Counted from the first letter of the stretch, positions 28,301-42,040 are shown. The stretch is 64,000 nucleotides of DNA from Camelus dromedarius (GCF_036321535.1 NC_087438.1:6450001-6514000); one strand, 5' to 3'. The notes: generated by a model not told the origin, from the sequence alone. Numbers and translations: made by a program.

Positions 28301-30949
28301 AAAGCGCAACCGCCCAATAAACGCCTTTGCCTAATGCTAACCGTGAAGTAACAAGAAGACTACCATTGTATTTTTCCACTGCTCATATATTTAAACCATT
28401 ACAGATTTCTGAAATAAACACCTGCTATCTAAACTTCTTCTGCTAGGTTAAGCCCTCCCAAACAGGAATCTGAGGGCTGAGTTATTTTTAAAGTTTTGTA
28501 ACTGGCTCACACTCCCTCTCAAACTTTCTGAGCCCAACCCCACCAAGCATCTTAGGTAAGACTGCTATGCTCTGCGCTCAGTGACACCTGCCTGAAATGC
28601 ACAGGCACGAGGATGCCAAAGCCCACAGGCATCCACACAGCTTCCCCACCGCTGCGTGCTTACAGGATGACTGTCGTGTGACAATCCCTTTTCGTGGATT
28701 ATTTCACAACAGCTGAATGGGGTAGCAATAATTATATCCATCTTAAAGATGAGAAAACTAGACTCTGAAATGGGCTCAAGAATATGCAGTTAAACAAATC
28801 CATCTACCTCTTTCTTTTTTTCCCTTCTTTCTTTCATTTCCTTATTGAGTGTCTATGATGTACCACGTACTGTTCTAGAATAGAAAATATAGCCCATGCT
28901 CTTAGGGTTGCTTATCTGATATTCAAGTTTGCCTGCACATCTAGAGTTTTATGTGTTGTCTGACAATCTTACGGCTTCTGGTCATCATGCTATACTGCAT
29001 GCGAGGTTGACTCAGTGGCTAGTCCAATCCCCCCATGGCTGCGCTGGGACTGTGGTGAGATGAGATGGATGGAGACCTTGAGAACCTCTGGGATGGAGCC
29101 CTCCAGGGATGCTGGGATGCAGACCGTCAGGGATAGGTGTCACCTGGCAACAATTCTCAGGTGCTGTCTGCAGCCAGAATAGGACCATTGAGCTGTCTCT
29201 TCTAAATCTCAGTTTTCTCAGTGGCTTCTCACATCCTCATTAGGAGAACCTACATTATTGACCAAAAGACCACCCCCTACAGAGTGTAGGCATGTGTGAG
29301 ATGCTGCCTTGTCCCTGTGGCATCAAGGACCTCCAGAAACAATGAAGAGTCTTTTGAGTCAAGCTCACAGGAAAACTTTTCCCAAAGTTCTTTAGGGCTG
29401 AATGAGAGACGCAAGACTCAGCTACATCAGTTGAGGTCGTATTTGTACCTGCTACCCCAGCAGGGGGTCCCTCCTTCCCCTAAGTGTCCTACCAAATGCA
29501 GAGGGGCACATACACAAATCAAACTCTGGCAATACATACGGTGAATCAACAGGTATCTTTGAGCTTCCACCTAGAGGAGAAACTGTGCTACATTTTAGAG
29601 AAACAAAGAGAAGACAGACACATCCTCTGCCACCTGGTAAGTCACTATCTGATAGTGGGGAAGGGGATGGTGAAGGTGATGGGAAATAACTGCAGCAAGT
29701 GCAGTAGTAAAGGTAAGTGACAGGGGTGCCGACAGGACCCTGCAGAGCTCACAGCCAGTGAAGGGCCCTTGAGCCAGGTCCTTACAATGAGTTCACCAAG
29801 TAGGTAACTTGGGATGGGGCTGGGTGGGTGGGAAGGTAATAAATTCTAGGAAAGCAAAAAAAGGTAACCAAATCCTAGAGGCAAGAAACAGGACATTTTA
29901 CAGTTGTGGACAACACAAATAATTCCATAGGCCTGGACTAGGTGAGGATGAAAAAGATGTGTGTCTCCATGGGAGGTGGGACCCTAAGCCAGAGGGTCTG
30001 ATGGGCTACATCAAAGAGCTGGCACATATCCAGGGGAGCTACTGAGGTGGCATTTTTAAAAGAGGATGTTGGCTAGGGTATGCAGAAGGAGGAAAAAATC
30101 TGGGGGCCAAGAGACCAGTTAAAATGCCCTGCAATAAACAACCCAGGCTCCGAGTGATGGAATTTGACGGAAGTCAGCATCAGAAATCCCCCACGTGGTG
30201 CCCAACAGGCTGAAGTAAGCAAAAGTCCACAAATACACCCACCGCACCCTCGCTGTGCACTCAGACACATCAGAGAGAAACAAGCAACATGTTAAGTGCC
30301 AGCCAACTTCTGTCTGTTCATTTAAAGTTATTACCTTACATCTCACGTCTTCAAGGGCTGGGTGGATGGACAAGATCTTCTTAAGATCTGAGAGTAAAAG
30401 CTGTGATTCTAGAAACTGTACAATGTCTGGGCAGAGTGTCTAGAGCCTAAGCCAGATCTAGCTTCACTCAGGTCTGTGTGGGAATTGCACCACCTCTCCT
30501 GCACTGAAAGGTATGTTTCATGATCTAGTGAAATTGGCCATGAAAGATACACGCGCTCCTCTGTCCAAAGTGCTTTCCTTGAAAGCTAGAAGAGTCCGAA
30601 CTACAAAGGGCCTCTTCAAGTTATTGTATCACTTTTCCTAAGAGATGAATATGAAATTTTTTTATGTATCATCCACAGAACCCACTGGCAGGACAGGTGA
30701 CTGGAAGGCAGAGAGGATGCACGTTTTCTAAGGAAGTGATTCTAAATACGAGGGACACGGCACAAGATCTGTCCTGATTGGGTACCAGTGGCCTCATGTC
30801 AAGCTGGAACGTCAGATGTTGACCTGGACACAGGAGCTCATTCTCCTTAAGAGAAATAACAACTTCCCTGGATTCTCAATTGACCAGTAAATGGCTTGGT
30901 GGACGTTGGAACGGACAGCAAGGTCTCTTGATCTCTAGAATTGTGCTAA

Positions 30950-31205
30950 AAAATGCAGTAAGAAGGTAAGAACATGGTTTCTGGAGTCAAACTGTCTGGG
31001 TCTGAAACCTGGGTCCATCTTTTATTAGATATAAAAAATGCGTCCCAGAGCAGCATATTTATCCACTCTCTGCCTCAATTTCCTCATCTCTAAAATAGGG
31101 ATGGTGACAATACCTACCTCTCAGGTTGCACAGGAGGAAAAATAAAATGAATTCATTCATGTTAGACCAGCTCCTGGCACACTGGGAGAGCCAAGAAACA
31201 TCTGC
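30950..31205 (+). mobile_element. MIR SINE
   Basis: ctggagtcaaactgtctgggtctgaaacctggg...ctctctgcctcaatttcctcatctctaaaatagggatggtgacaatacctacctctcagg. Confidence 0.8.
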
Positions 31206-31387
31206 TGTAAAGAGCAAAAGTCATCCTGCTTGTAGTTGAATACTTCATGACACGCATATGGAATTTCATTCTCAGAAGACATATCACTTAGCACTCGTCA
31301 CCTACAGCAGAGAAGCTCACGTGTAACTGCACACATGTAAAATGAAGTCTGAAAATATCTGTGGTGGCAAAACGTAAGATCTCTCAC

Positions 31388-31487
31388 CTTGCTCCTACAA
31401 CAAGTTCTTTCTGTCCTGGGTCAAATGTTAACTGCGAGAAATCCACAGCATTCTTCGCTCTGAACTCCCGTAACCAGGGGCCAATTT
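31388..31487 (-). CDS. SEMA5A: Semaphorin-5A internal coding exon (probably second coding exon, equivalent to human exon 4), Sema domain N-terminus
   Basis: Minus strand reads ttttcctgtttag|AAATTGGCCCC...GGAGCAAG|gtgagag. It is 100 nt, phase 1 to 2, and translates to (E)IGPWLREFRAKNAVDFSQLTFDPGQKELVVGA(R), matching recalled human SEMA5A. Confidence 0.97.
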
Positions 31488-34400
31488 CTAAACAGGAAAA
31501 AAATAAATAAATAAGAAGATAAAAATGAATGATTCTTTTCCTCTGGGGACTGCAGAGAATTCACATCAGGTAGCAAACATTCCATTTCAGGGAGGATTTG
31601 AAGGTCCCATGATGTGATCATTTAGGGGCCCCTGGAGGTTTCCATCAAGGTGTCACATAATCCACACTGAGAATGTGTAAAATGTAGAGGGCTAGCCACC
31701 CAATAAAAAAGGGAGCAAAGCTTCAGTGCTTGGTTGTGATTTACAGGCCAGATGTGCATTTTCCTTTTGGCCCTGGACTGGGCAGAAAATAACACAGCAT
31801 TCACATGATTCATCAGAGGAGCACTGAAGGCAAACAAGACCATTTCCTGTGCGACTTGACTGAAAAGAGCTGAAGACTTGGAAAAATCACAAAAGCCCTC
31901 CTTTGGAGCGAGAACCAACACAGGAGCACCACTTGCCTTCTTTCAAAGTGGACGCTCCATTTCCCTGCCCTTTGGGTTTCTATTTTGGCCCCAGGATTAG
32001 ACCTGTTAAACATTCAGTCCTTTCTAGATGAGAAGGCCACGTTACTTCTAGACTTTATTTGCATTTTTTTTTTTTTTTTCAGGAGGGAAATCAGGAAATA
32101 GCCACTCTTTAGAGACAGGTTTTTTACAAGCACTGTTAACTCCTATGAAATGACCCTCAGCTTGGGTCCGATTATTACAACATGACAGCATTTGAAGAGG
32201 GACAGGCCCCTGCTTTATGAGCCATTTTTGCAACTTTCATTGGCTCATTTCTGACACTGAAAAATCTTCAGGGACTTGCCTGCCAGTCGTGCTGAAACTT
32301 ATCATTATCCTTGACAATTAACCATGTGACCTGCCTGTCTTCTTCCATGCATTTGATAATTCTGAGTGACATCACTAAACAGGCACATATGACAACTGTC
32401 AAATCCGGTTACTGGTTTGAGGAAAAAATGTGTCGCACAGAAATAATCTCTTTCAACAAAAACAGATGCTAAAAACAGATCTAACATGGAAATATGCCCA
32501 TATTCTATAACATATCCTACAGAAAGGCCTTGGTGATGTGAATGGATGGGGTGGATCATATGTAAGCAGTAACTTTGCATAACAACCATGGTGTTTCTCT
32601 ACTATCAGGTACTGGGGAGAAATGACATGAACTGGAAGATGGATTCTGCTTAAAGGAAATCAGAGTTGACCTACATAGACATCTGCATTTGGTTTTTGAA
32701 ATTTTAGGGTGTATGGTATATTGATTCTTTTTAATATTTTACTTAAAGTTCTTCACGTTACAGGCAAGTCCATTTTAAAAAATACTTATTTATAGCAAAA
32801 TAAGTACAAGACCCTGGAGCTATAAAAAGCTGTTGATATATCATCTGTTCTAAGAGTTTATAATTCATTTAGGGAACTAGTACTAATGCCATCTTTAAAC
32901 ATGGCAGCCACAGATGCAAGATCTTTACAGGTGTTTGTAGAGTTATAGGAAGTATTCATACAGAGAAAGAAGAGATGACTGGGGCTCAGGTAAGACCACA
33001 GGAGGGATCTGACCAGAGATGCACAGGACAGTTGTGTCCCAGGGAGATCATAGCACCCCCTACGGCCCTAATCAGTATTGCTCATCTTCACTCCCATGGA
33101 GCCTCTGATCAGTTTCTCTGTTCCTGGGAGACAGAACCCTAAGGCTCTGCCATCTGCCTGGCTCACCGTGGTGCCTGCAACAGAGGGTCTAGTGCCTAAA
33201 ATGTGAGGCAATAGTTTATGTGTCAAATGAAAGAGTAAGAAATGAGCAAGCGAACTCAACAGGAGGAAAATTTAAAAAAGGGAAGAAAAGAGGAAAAAAG
33301 AAAGGAGAAAGGAAAAGCAATGGCAACTCAAGAAACCACTGGGAAAGGTGTAATTAAGTATAACTGTAAAAGAATTTACTTACAGGTTAAAAAGTCTGGA
33401 CTTGACCTCATCTGTGATCACAAGGCTCTGAAAAATTTTCCAGCAAGCACTGGACACGATAAAGCAAGCATCCTAGGGATATGAAAGGGCTGTTGACATC
33501 TGGGAAGGAGTTAGGAATGGAGGCAAGGATATTAGATTGAAAAACTAAAAAATATGCAATTTAGGCAGCGGCTCTAAAAATGCAGAGACTACACAATGGG
33601 AAAGTCTAGTTGGTCTGATCACTAATCGGAGAAGAGACCAAAGGGAACAAGTGAAAGAAAACACAGATTTTGAGATTCAAGGAAGAGGAGAACAATGATG
33701 ACCGAGACACAGATGTCAGGGGGCGCGGCTGGTCTTAGAGGGATATAATGGGTTCAGGTGCCACCATGGAGAATGTTACCTATGAAAAACTCCCAGTGAC
33801 GTTTTGACGCCAGAGTCAGTCATTGCTAAGCATCCCTAAGACCTAGAAGAGTCCCTAGGGTGGTTTTAGTTCAAGATGCTCACCCTGCAGTTAGGAAACC
33901 CAGGACCAGGGAGCCCTGCCAGGGCTGGAGTCCTGAGTGCACGTCCAGGGCTCCACACCCCAAAACCCACAGCTTCCAGAGCCGGGCCCACGTGTCCTAT
34001 TCAAGTCATTGCTGTGGGGGAGCTGGTGTGAAGGCAGAACAGAGGGCCAAGGGCTGACCTTCCTGTTCCAGACACGGAAGCATGAGCCACACAAGGGGAG
34101 AGAAGACTGAAAAGACGGGAGAAGAAAATCAGTTAACGCATTTCCCGTGTGTTCATCTTTCTTTTCATTGAGAAGAATCGGGAGAGAGAAAGCAAAGGAT
34201 GACGAGGCATATTTCAGGTTTTGGTTCCTATACTGAGCAACAGGGAAGTGGTTCCACTACTTCCTAAAGCACCCTCGAGTGATAAAAGGAGCCAAGTATA
34301 GAGGGAAAATGAGTGAACATCATATAATTCTGTCAATATTGTTCAATTTTCCTAATTTAAATTTCTAACGAGCTTCCCCATTAAAACTAGATATTTTTAT

Positions 34401-35429
34401 GGTTAACACCAGATCAAAGCTGGACAATCTGCAGGTGCTCTTCTTTTGGGATTTCCCTGTGTGTTCCTCGAGAGGACGGGGATACCTCTACCCTGGGTAA
34501 CACACAGCCCTCTGTCTTCCAGGATACCATCAGGGCCGTGATGGAAAGTCCTGCCCCACCCCATCTCCCTAGCTAGAGAGATGTCTGCATCATTACCTGT
34601 CCTTTCAACTCCACCGTAAGATCAGAATCATGCTGTTCAGCCTCTTTTTATGACCAGTCCCTACAACTTTGCTTTCAATCCCGTTTCTTCCTTCCTCTCC
34701 AATCCCTTCCCTAAATTGCCTCTTTTTAACTCTAACGTCTCCAGTGTTACTAAGTCCCTTCCCTTCTGTGTAAAAGGATCTGCACACTCCTCCATTTAAG
34801 AAAAAAAAACCTTTTAAAACACATTTTCATTACACTCTTTTGTCATTACAGTTTCAAACAAGCAAACAACATACATAATAAACTCCCATGTGTAGTCCAT
34901 CAGAAAGAGCTGTAGGCTCGGTTTTACATGTAAGTTTTACCAACTCCTTAAGGAACACAGGATCCCAATTTTACGCAGATCATGTCAGAGATTAAACAAA
35001 GAGGTAAAGCTTCTCTCTGCGGTTTCGAGGCTACTGTGACCTTGATAGTCTTGATACTAAGGCTGGACAGGACGTTTTGAAGAAACGAAGATCACGGGCA
35101 ATCCTCATCTAAGAACAGGGCTGCACACATTCCTAAGGAAATACCTTCATCAGCGTGTCACACACAGAGATACGCGCGCACGGGCACACACACGCACACT
35201 GTCTCAGACGGGATGTGCTTTACCGCAGGGACAGGAGGACGGCTTAATAGCCATAACATCAAATCTACCAGTAGAATTCGCCGCCCCAATAACAGGTTTC
35301 CACAGTGGCGTGAAGAATTTATCGTGCTGCTTTCTAAGGAATCAGAAAATGAACAGTTAAGGATGCACAGGAAAAGCCAGGGGAGAACAGAGTCAAGGGA
35401 GGCAGGAGAGGAGCGAGCAACAGGACAGG

Positions 35430-35700
35430 TGTGGTGAACGAGCTCACCAGATGCCAAGAAAGATCGGGGGTGGGAACAGAGAAATTTGGGAGTTTGAGAT
35501 TTGCAAATGTTAGCCACTATATATAAAAATAGATTTAAAAAAATTTCTTCTGTATAGCAAGGGAACGACATTTAATAACTTGTAATAACCTTTAATGAAA
35601 AAGAATATAGAAATGAATATATGTGCGTATTTGTATGACTGGGACACTGCTTTAGACCAGAAATTGACTCATTATAACTGAATGTACTTCAATAAAAACA
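35430..35700 (+). mobile_element. LINE-1 3' UTR fragment (artiodactyl/camelid type)
   Basis: gggagtttgagatttgcaaatgttagccactatatataaaaatag...tgtatagcaagggaac...ccagaaattgac...tacttcaataaaaa. Confidence 0.85.
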
Positions 35701-36949
35701 AGGCAGGGCGATGGAAGAGAGCAGGGAGGGGCAGAGCATGTGGGGAGCGGGGGAGATCCAATTTTCACTAACACTGGTTTTCTTAATATGTGCTCATTTC
35801 CCCCCAAAATAATGAGTTTACGCTTTCCCCATCCCTCCCTTCTGATCTTGCAAGAAGAACTATGTGATGAAATGGAACTTAAAAATGGCAGCCAGTATGG
35901 CCACTGTTTGAAAGTTAAGTGGTAAGATAAAATCTATAAATCCAAATTGAATATTTTGTCGATAATTTTTAATATTTGATGTTAATCATCCTAGCTAATC
36001 CATTCATTACACAAACATGATTGTTGAAACTTGGCCTCTGGCAATGATTTTCTATTGCAACATTAGCTTTGATGACTCATATTTGCCTTCTCTTATTACT
36101 ACACAAGCACCCACATGATCAACTTATAAACAGGCTATCAAAAAAGTGTACTGATTCAATTTTTTAAAGAACTCAGTGTTACAGCTTCAAGAAAAAGTCA
36201 CTTCCATGAATATGTATCAGTACGACTAAATCTGATCTAAATAACTGACATATAACAATTAGAGACCAGTTTAACAGATTCAAGTTAGTCTTCTCTACCC
36301 CCAAAAAAATAAAGAAAAGAAAAAGAAAAAGGAGTAAAAGTTACCACTAAAAAAAAGCAGAAACTCCAAAATTGTCCAAGTTAATAATGGCGTAAGTTAA
36401 GAAAATGTTTTGGAGTTTGAGAAGTAAGAGTCACAGAAGCTTCTGCTGTTGAACAACAGCACTTGTCAGAAAACTGACACTCGTTCCAAAGACCAGAAGG
36501 ATGGCTCCTCCGTGGGCGGATGCCTGCAGCGCTGACTGTGTGGAGACCAAACTGCCTCGCGGGGTCACTCGCTGAGCAGTGAGACCCCCCCAGGCTGCAG
36601 GAGGGTGACTCTGGGTAGCCTGACTTTCAACCTTCACTCCTTCAAACCACAGTCCACGAAGGAGCAGACAAAGCAGGATTGTGAAACTTCTTTGCGGAAC
36701 TTGAAACCCATATTGGAAACTGAGTCAGGAGCGAAACTGGGCGGGGATGGGGGGATGGTGTGTAAAGATTGTTGAAAAGGCACCAGAGTGCAGGGAGCAA
36801 CATAAATATATAGAAATAAACATGCAAATCAAGACCTGCTCTTTCTAATTCCCATGAAGTTATATTTTGGTTTAATCTACATCTAACACTGCATAACATG
36901 CAGTAGTAATAATGCTAATAGAATGCTTACTGGTAAAACAGCTAACAAA

Positions 36950-37080
36950 AACAGCTCATGTTTAAATCGTATATGCCCCATGCTAGGAACTATTCTATGT
37001 ACTTCACAGGGGACAAGTCCTGTACTTCTCACCCCCTCCCTACTGCAGGTGAGGAAACTGAGACTCGCCGACGTGGGCAG
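36950..37080 (-). mobile_element. MIR fragment
   Basis: tgcaggtgaggaaactgagactc, preceded by tatgccccatgctaggaactattcta. Confidence 0.6.
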
Positions 37081-38799
37081 GAGTGAGACTCAGCTCCCAC
37101 TTCTGGAGCTGGTGTTTCCAGCCGCTGCACTACGTGTGCAACTGGCAGCGCAGCTGAAATGTAGCCTCGTAAGTGACCCACCCGCAAAGTGACGGGAAGA
37201 AAGAAACATCAACGACCTCTGCATTTTGGAAATGAGTTTATTCCCACTGATATATACTGTTATGTAAAAATCGCCACCCATTCCGTTTAATAAATAATGC
37301 ATTTATTGTTTTCACTGATGTCATTATTCATAACAATGATCTACATGCCACAGGAAAAAGCACGCACCATTTTCACTACGTTTCGTGATCCAAGGGTCCT
37401 GATGTAAGTAAAGGGCAAGAAAATGTCAATAAGCACTGATCTGCTTTACTGGATGAAGAATGTTCTGGAATGAGGAGGCAGGGAGGATGCAAGCAGAGCG
37501 CCAAGGCTGGATTTCTCAGAAGACTAAGCCTCTAAGCCCCGAAGCAGCAGGTTGGCAGCACCCCGATGCCAGGTTTCACTCCCAAAATTAGATACACCCA
37601 GGCTGTCAGCTACCTGGAATTCTTTAAGTGATTATAACAGATTTCAGCCCCAAAGCCTGTGTTTGTTGACAGGTCGACACAAAACATGTCATCAACGGGG
37701 AGGAAATACACAAATTCACAAAGATGTATGCTTGTGAAAAAAATATATAGCAGAATAACTGATGTCTCTTATTTGCATTTTTTAAAACTATTTATATTTT
37801 CGGTGTTTACTTGGTTTCAGGAACTATATTAGATTATTTTACATGTTAGCAACTTATTTCATTTAATGTTCACAATCTATGAGGCTAGAGTAATAATCTT
37901 TGTTGTAGAAATAAAAATAAAAAAAAAAAAACCCCTGAGATTTTGGACACGTTAAACATCTTGCCAAATGCAACAAAGTGGTAAGTGGCTAATTGGAATT
38001 TAAACCCAGGATAGGATTAAGGCAATATTTCCATAAATTCTGAATTAAAAATCAATTTTCCAAGGAATGTATAAAGTACATCAATCCTTAGCACCTAGTA
38101 ATAGCTCAGCATGGATTAATTCAGTGGAGACGGTGGTCGCAACCCACCAAAAGGGAGGAAAATTGGAAAGGAGGGAACTGGTGGGAGTTTTCCGGTGGGG
38201 ACAGGAATGCCCCTGCCCAGCTTGCCGACTGTGCAGGGCACAACATGAAGAAAGAAAGTACCAGAAGAAAATAGAAACAAACCAGGGCCACCCCAGGCAA
38301 CAAGGCATCTGGAGGAAGAAGACCCCAACAGGGGAAAGTAGGTCTCCATCATTTCTTTCCAAGACAGGTCCTGGTTACATGATCTAATTTAGAAATATGC
38401 AAATAACGCTATGCCCGACTTTAGCTTTGTAGAAAGCCTGGAAAATATCAGGCCAAATTTCTTTCTCCAAATGTATAGGCCTCAGTTATTTTAATAACTC
38501 CTGCCTGGAACTTAGTAGAATGAAAGCAGTCCCAGCAGGACAGGATCTTGATTAATCTGCAATCCACCCCCTGCCTTATTTTAGAGCTGAGAAAACTCAA
38601 GACAAAGAAGTTACACGACCCCAGAGTCACAGGCCAATGAGTGGCAAATTGGAAAACCCCAAGTCCTGGGACTTCTTCTCCAATTTTTCTTCCCATCCCC
38701 AAACGAGGAGGATACCCGAATGGGAAAGACCATGGACTGGTGTCTGTCAGACTCATCTGAGCACATAAGACTTGGCAAATTGTAGTATTTTAAGGGACT

Positions 38800-39060
38800 A
38801 AAACATCTAGATCTAGATTTAGATGTCAATATATGGAAATATATATAGTAGATTCATGTGTAGGTGTATATACATGTTTATTCACACATATATACACACA
38901 TAGATGTATAAATAGGCATATATAGAATATATTTATACTTATTTATGTCTAGATATAGGCATCAATGTGTAATTCATATATATACATATGTGTGTACACA
39001 TATGTATTTGCATAAGTATACATGGTGAGAGAGAGAGATATATACATATATATGTTACAC
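38800..39060. repeat. Degenerate TA/TG/CA low-complexity tract
   Basis: Imperfect alternating purine-pyrimidine repeats. Confidence 0.85.
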
Positions 39061-39113
39061 ACTGAAGACTACAGTAAAGAGGAAAATAATCATCTCAAAA
39101 GCTTGCTACAGGA

Positions 39114-39233
39114 GGTAATTAGGATTGATTTGTTTGTTTGTTTGTTTAATTTTTAGAGGAGGTGCTAGGGATTGAACCCAGGACCTCGTGCATGCTAAGC
39201 ATGCGCTCTACCACTTGATCTATACCCTCCCCC
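39114..39233 (-). mobile_element. Camelid tRNA-Ala-derived SINE (Vic-1-like), full-length body
   Basis: Minus strand reads GGGGAGGGTATAGATCAAGTGGTAGAGCGCATGCTTAGCATGCACGAGGTCCTGGGTTCAATCCCTAGCACCTCC...CCTAATTACC with pol III A/B boxes. TSD cttgctacagga at 39102-39113 and 39240-39251. Confidence 0.92.
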
Positions 39234-41690
39234 AAAAAACTTGCTACAGGAAATGAACAAAATGATCCACTGATGTGAGCTTTTCTTTAAAATGAAAGAA
39301 AAATATTCAATAATAGCCAATTTGATAAATTAAAACATTTTTATATCAGTAAAAGCAAAATGATCCAACTGTCAAGAAAGCACAACGCGTCTGCCATTTA
39401 CATTTTAATTTGTAAACATGACACATGAAACACAGGATTTTCAAATGCTAGCAGTGCTTTGCCAGACCCTTTTGTTTTCACTTGTATATCTGCTCCCCAG
39501 GAGTCAGGTGTTCCATCAAGTCTCTTCATCTGTTTCTTTGCAATGATGTATACTAATGCATTTTTCACATGTCCAGTATAGGAAAAATCCAACCAGGGCA
39601 AGTTTTGCAAAATATCTGTGCTCTGGAATTGGATTCTTCTAAAACTCACTGCTTCATCTTGGACTGCCTGCCTGGTGGGTTTCTAAGAAACCAAAAATTA
39701 TGATAGTTCACTTTACTTGAAGCATTCTTAATTTGGGTCTCCTTAACACCAAACAATTTGAAAACCACAGGTCTCATTTTAGGCTGTTTTACAGACTGGA
39801 ATCCATGGTATCATATATATTTGGAATGTAAATAAACATTAAATAATAGCCACAAATCTGGTAAATTATAGGAAAAAATGCATTCACTCTTCCAGGAAGA
39901 ACAGAAGCAGGCAGCCAGCATCAGGGGTCGGCTGTTAGGTAAAGGCTGGCCCGGAGCAGGCTGAGGGTGAGCTTCGCTTCCAGAGGGAATTCTTGTGTGA
40001 CTTTTGGACATCATTTCTCAAAGTTAGATCATCGCAGGATAATACAGAACTCAATAAATGCATCTGATTTTTTTCCCTGGGTATGTATTTAAAGGGAACT
40101 CTTAGGAAACAAAATTACAGTGGAATCAACTACCATTTCACAACCAACTGAAATGTACTCCCTTTCTGAACCAAATGTAGGATTTGGGATTTCCACTGTT
40201 TCTCCAACTTTTCACCTACTTGCACAATTCTCTGGCCATACCAGAAATACCTGTTCAACCTCCAGATCAAAATGTCAGCGTTAGAGATCTAAGCTACCCT
40301 GGCCCCTAAAATTCTGACTTGTCCAAGGGTTACCTGAGACACACCTGGCAAGGTGTAAAGAGAAGCTTCTGGAAAGCTGTCAGTAAGCTGAGTTCAAAAT
40401 CCTCTTGGCAGGCTGGCGTTGCCTTCTCTTTTGCTTATAACTTTTAAGAGTGTGGAAACCTCCTATTTCATTGAACCATCTGGAGCAATTAATCCTGGTG
40501 ACTGCAGGATAAGAACCAAGCTAATCAGTGGCAGGTTCTTATTGCTGGATAACTCACACAAGAAGCAATTTCTACTCATCCATCCATCAAGGCAGATTTT
40601 TTTTTTATTTAAAAGATTATGCAAATTCATATGTAAACTAGGTGAGACCCTCAGACTCTTGAACTGTGATCGGCTTTTTCCTCCAGCTACAAAGTTGGGG
40701 ATGGGGCTGTCCTGCCCTGAACTCTGCTTGGCTTATAAGAACCCTGCGTCACCTACAAGAAATGTGTCTAGTGCAGAAGGTCTTAATTTTGCCTGTGACC
40801 TGCAGCATATGACTGTAGGCTATAAAATCTAATTGCAAAATCTTAATGCTAGGCCAGAGGATATTAAAACGTAATTCCCTTCAGATTTACAACTTTGGAA
40901 TTATAAATGATGTTAATATGATGAAAAGTATAAAAATGAACAATTTCTATTCAACAGGCACTTAGATGATTCCAAGAGTGGCCATGTTCTTGCTGGGTAA
41001 GCAGTGAGGACCAGAAGTCTGATGCATAGAAACAGAGTCTGTTGCCCCTGGGTAACTGCAGGGATTGCAGGAGACAGTTTCAGGAATTTCTTCCAACCTC
41101 AAAGTGTTGGGTTTTAAAATGTTCTTACACTTAGTTCTGCCACACATTCAGGAATTGTCAGACTTTGGCTTTAAGAAAATAAATCATTTCTGGAAGATAG
41201 TATCTCTTTCTCACAATTCATACTCAGTTTCTTCTCTGTCTCCTTGTTAGTGGAAAAGCCATCTTTGCATCTAAGCCACTTCCTTCACAGACCTCAGGAT
41301 TCAGGAGCCAAGAACTTAGGAGACAAGCCAGATTGTGCAAGGAAGTCTTCTCGCTTGAAGACATTCATTCTAAAAAGGCCCAAGGTGGTCTCTTTGCACA
41401 AGTACTGATTCTCTCTGTACATAGGTTTTCCCAGACAGACTCATGTTTTTTCCAGAAAATTTTGGGTCAAGCATTAGGATGATATGTACCAAGAATAGTC
41501 TTTATTTATATAGTCAACTAATATTTCTTGAGTCCCAGCTACATGGAAGGACTCACTGCAGGTCCTGGCTATGATGCAAAGCTACATAAGACAAGAACTG
41601 TGTCCTCAAGACATTTATAATTCAGTTTAAAGGGTGAAGAAGAGAAATGCTTTCTGGTCCCAAGGGAAGTGTAATAATAAATGCTCCAAG

Positions 41691-42040
41691 ACAGCACTGC
41701 CCAGTGAAAACATATTGTGCCCTACACAAGTAATGTTAAATTTTAATGTTAAATTTTCCCGTAGCTACACTGAAAAATGTCAGGACGCAGGTAAAATTAA
41801 CTTTCTACAATATAGTTCCTTTAACCCAATACAGCCAGGATATCCTTTCAAAATAAAAATTATCTAATAAAAGTTTGTTATCCAAATAAAAGTTATTGAG
41901 ATGTTTTCATTTCATGTGTATGTTCTAAGTCTCTGAAAGCCAGTGTATATTTTGCACGACCACACATCTCCATTTGGACTCACCACGTTTCAACTGACCA
42001 GTAGCCAAACATGGCTAGTGGCTACTTATTGGACAGCACA
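41691..42040. mobile_element. hAT-Charlie MER33-like element
   Basis: cagcactgcccagtgaaa...ttttcccgtagctacac...ggctagtggctacttattggacagcac. Confidence 0.8.

Larger units (their letters stand above)
15857..31387 (-). other. SEMA5A: SEMA5A GT-AG intron (15,531 bp) between the two exons
   Basis: Canonical GT donor at 31387-31386 and AG acceptor at 15858-15857; the reading frame is continuous across the junction. Confidence 0.93.

Noticed and set aside
31421..31621. Track ORF overlapping the real exon
   Set aside because: It is in a different reading frame from SEMA5A and runs through the polypyrimidine tract.
38803..38826. 24-bp near-perfect palindrome acatctagatctagatttagatgt
   Set aside because: It is a by-product of self-complementary (TAGATC)n low-complexity sequence.
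39155..39233. tRNA-Ala gene
   Set aside because: It has tRNA-like A/B boxes but continues into the SINE-specific tail and is flanked by a TSD, so it is a SINE.
39398..39682. Minus-strand open frame of about 94 codons after an acceptor-like ttggtttcttag as an alternative SEMA5A exon
   Set aside because: The long frame is not the phase-1 SEMA5A frame, which stops after about 9 codons, and the peptide resembles nothing I recognise.
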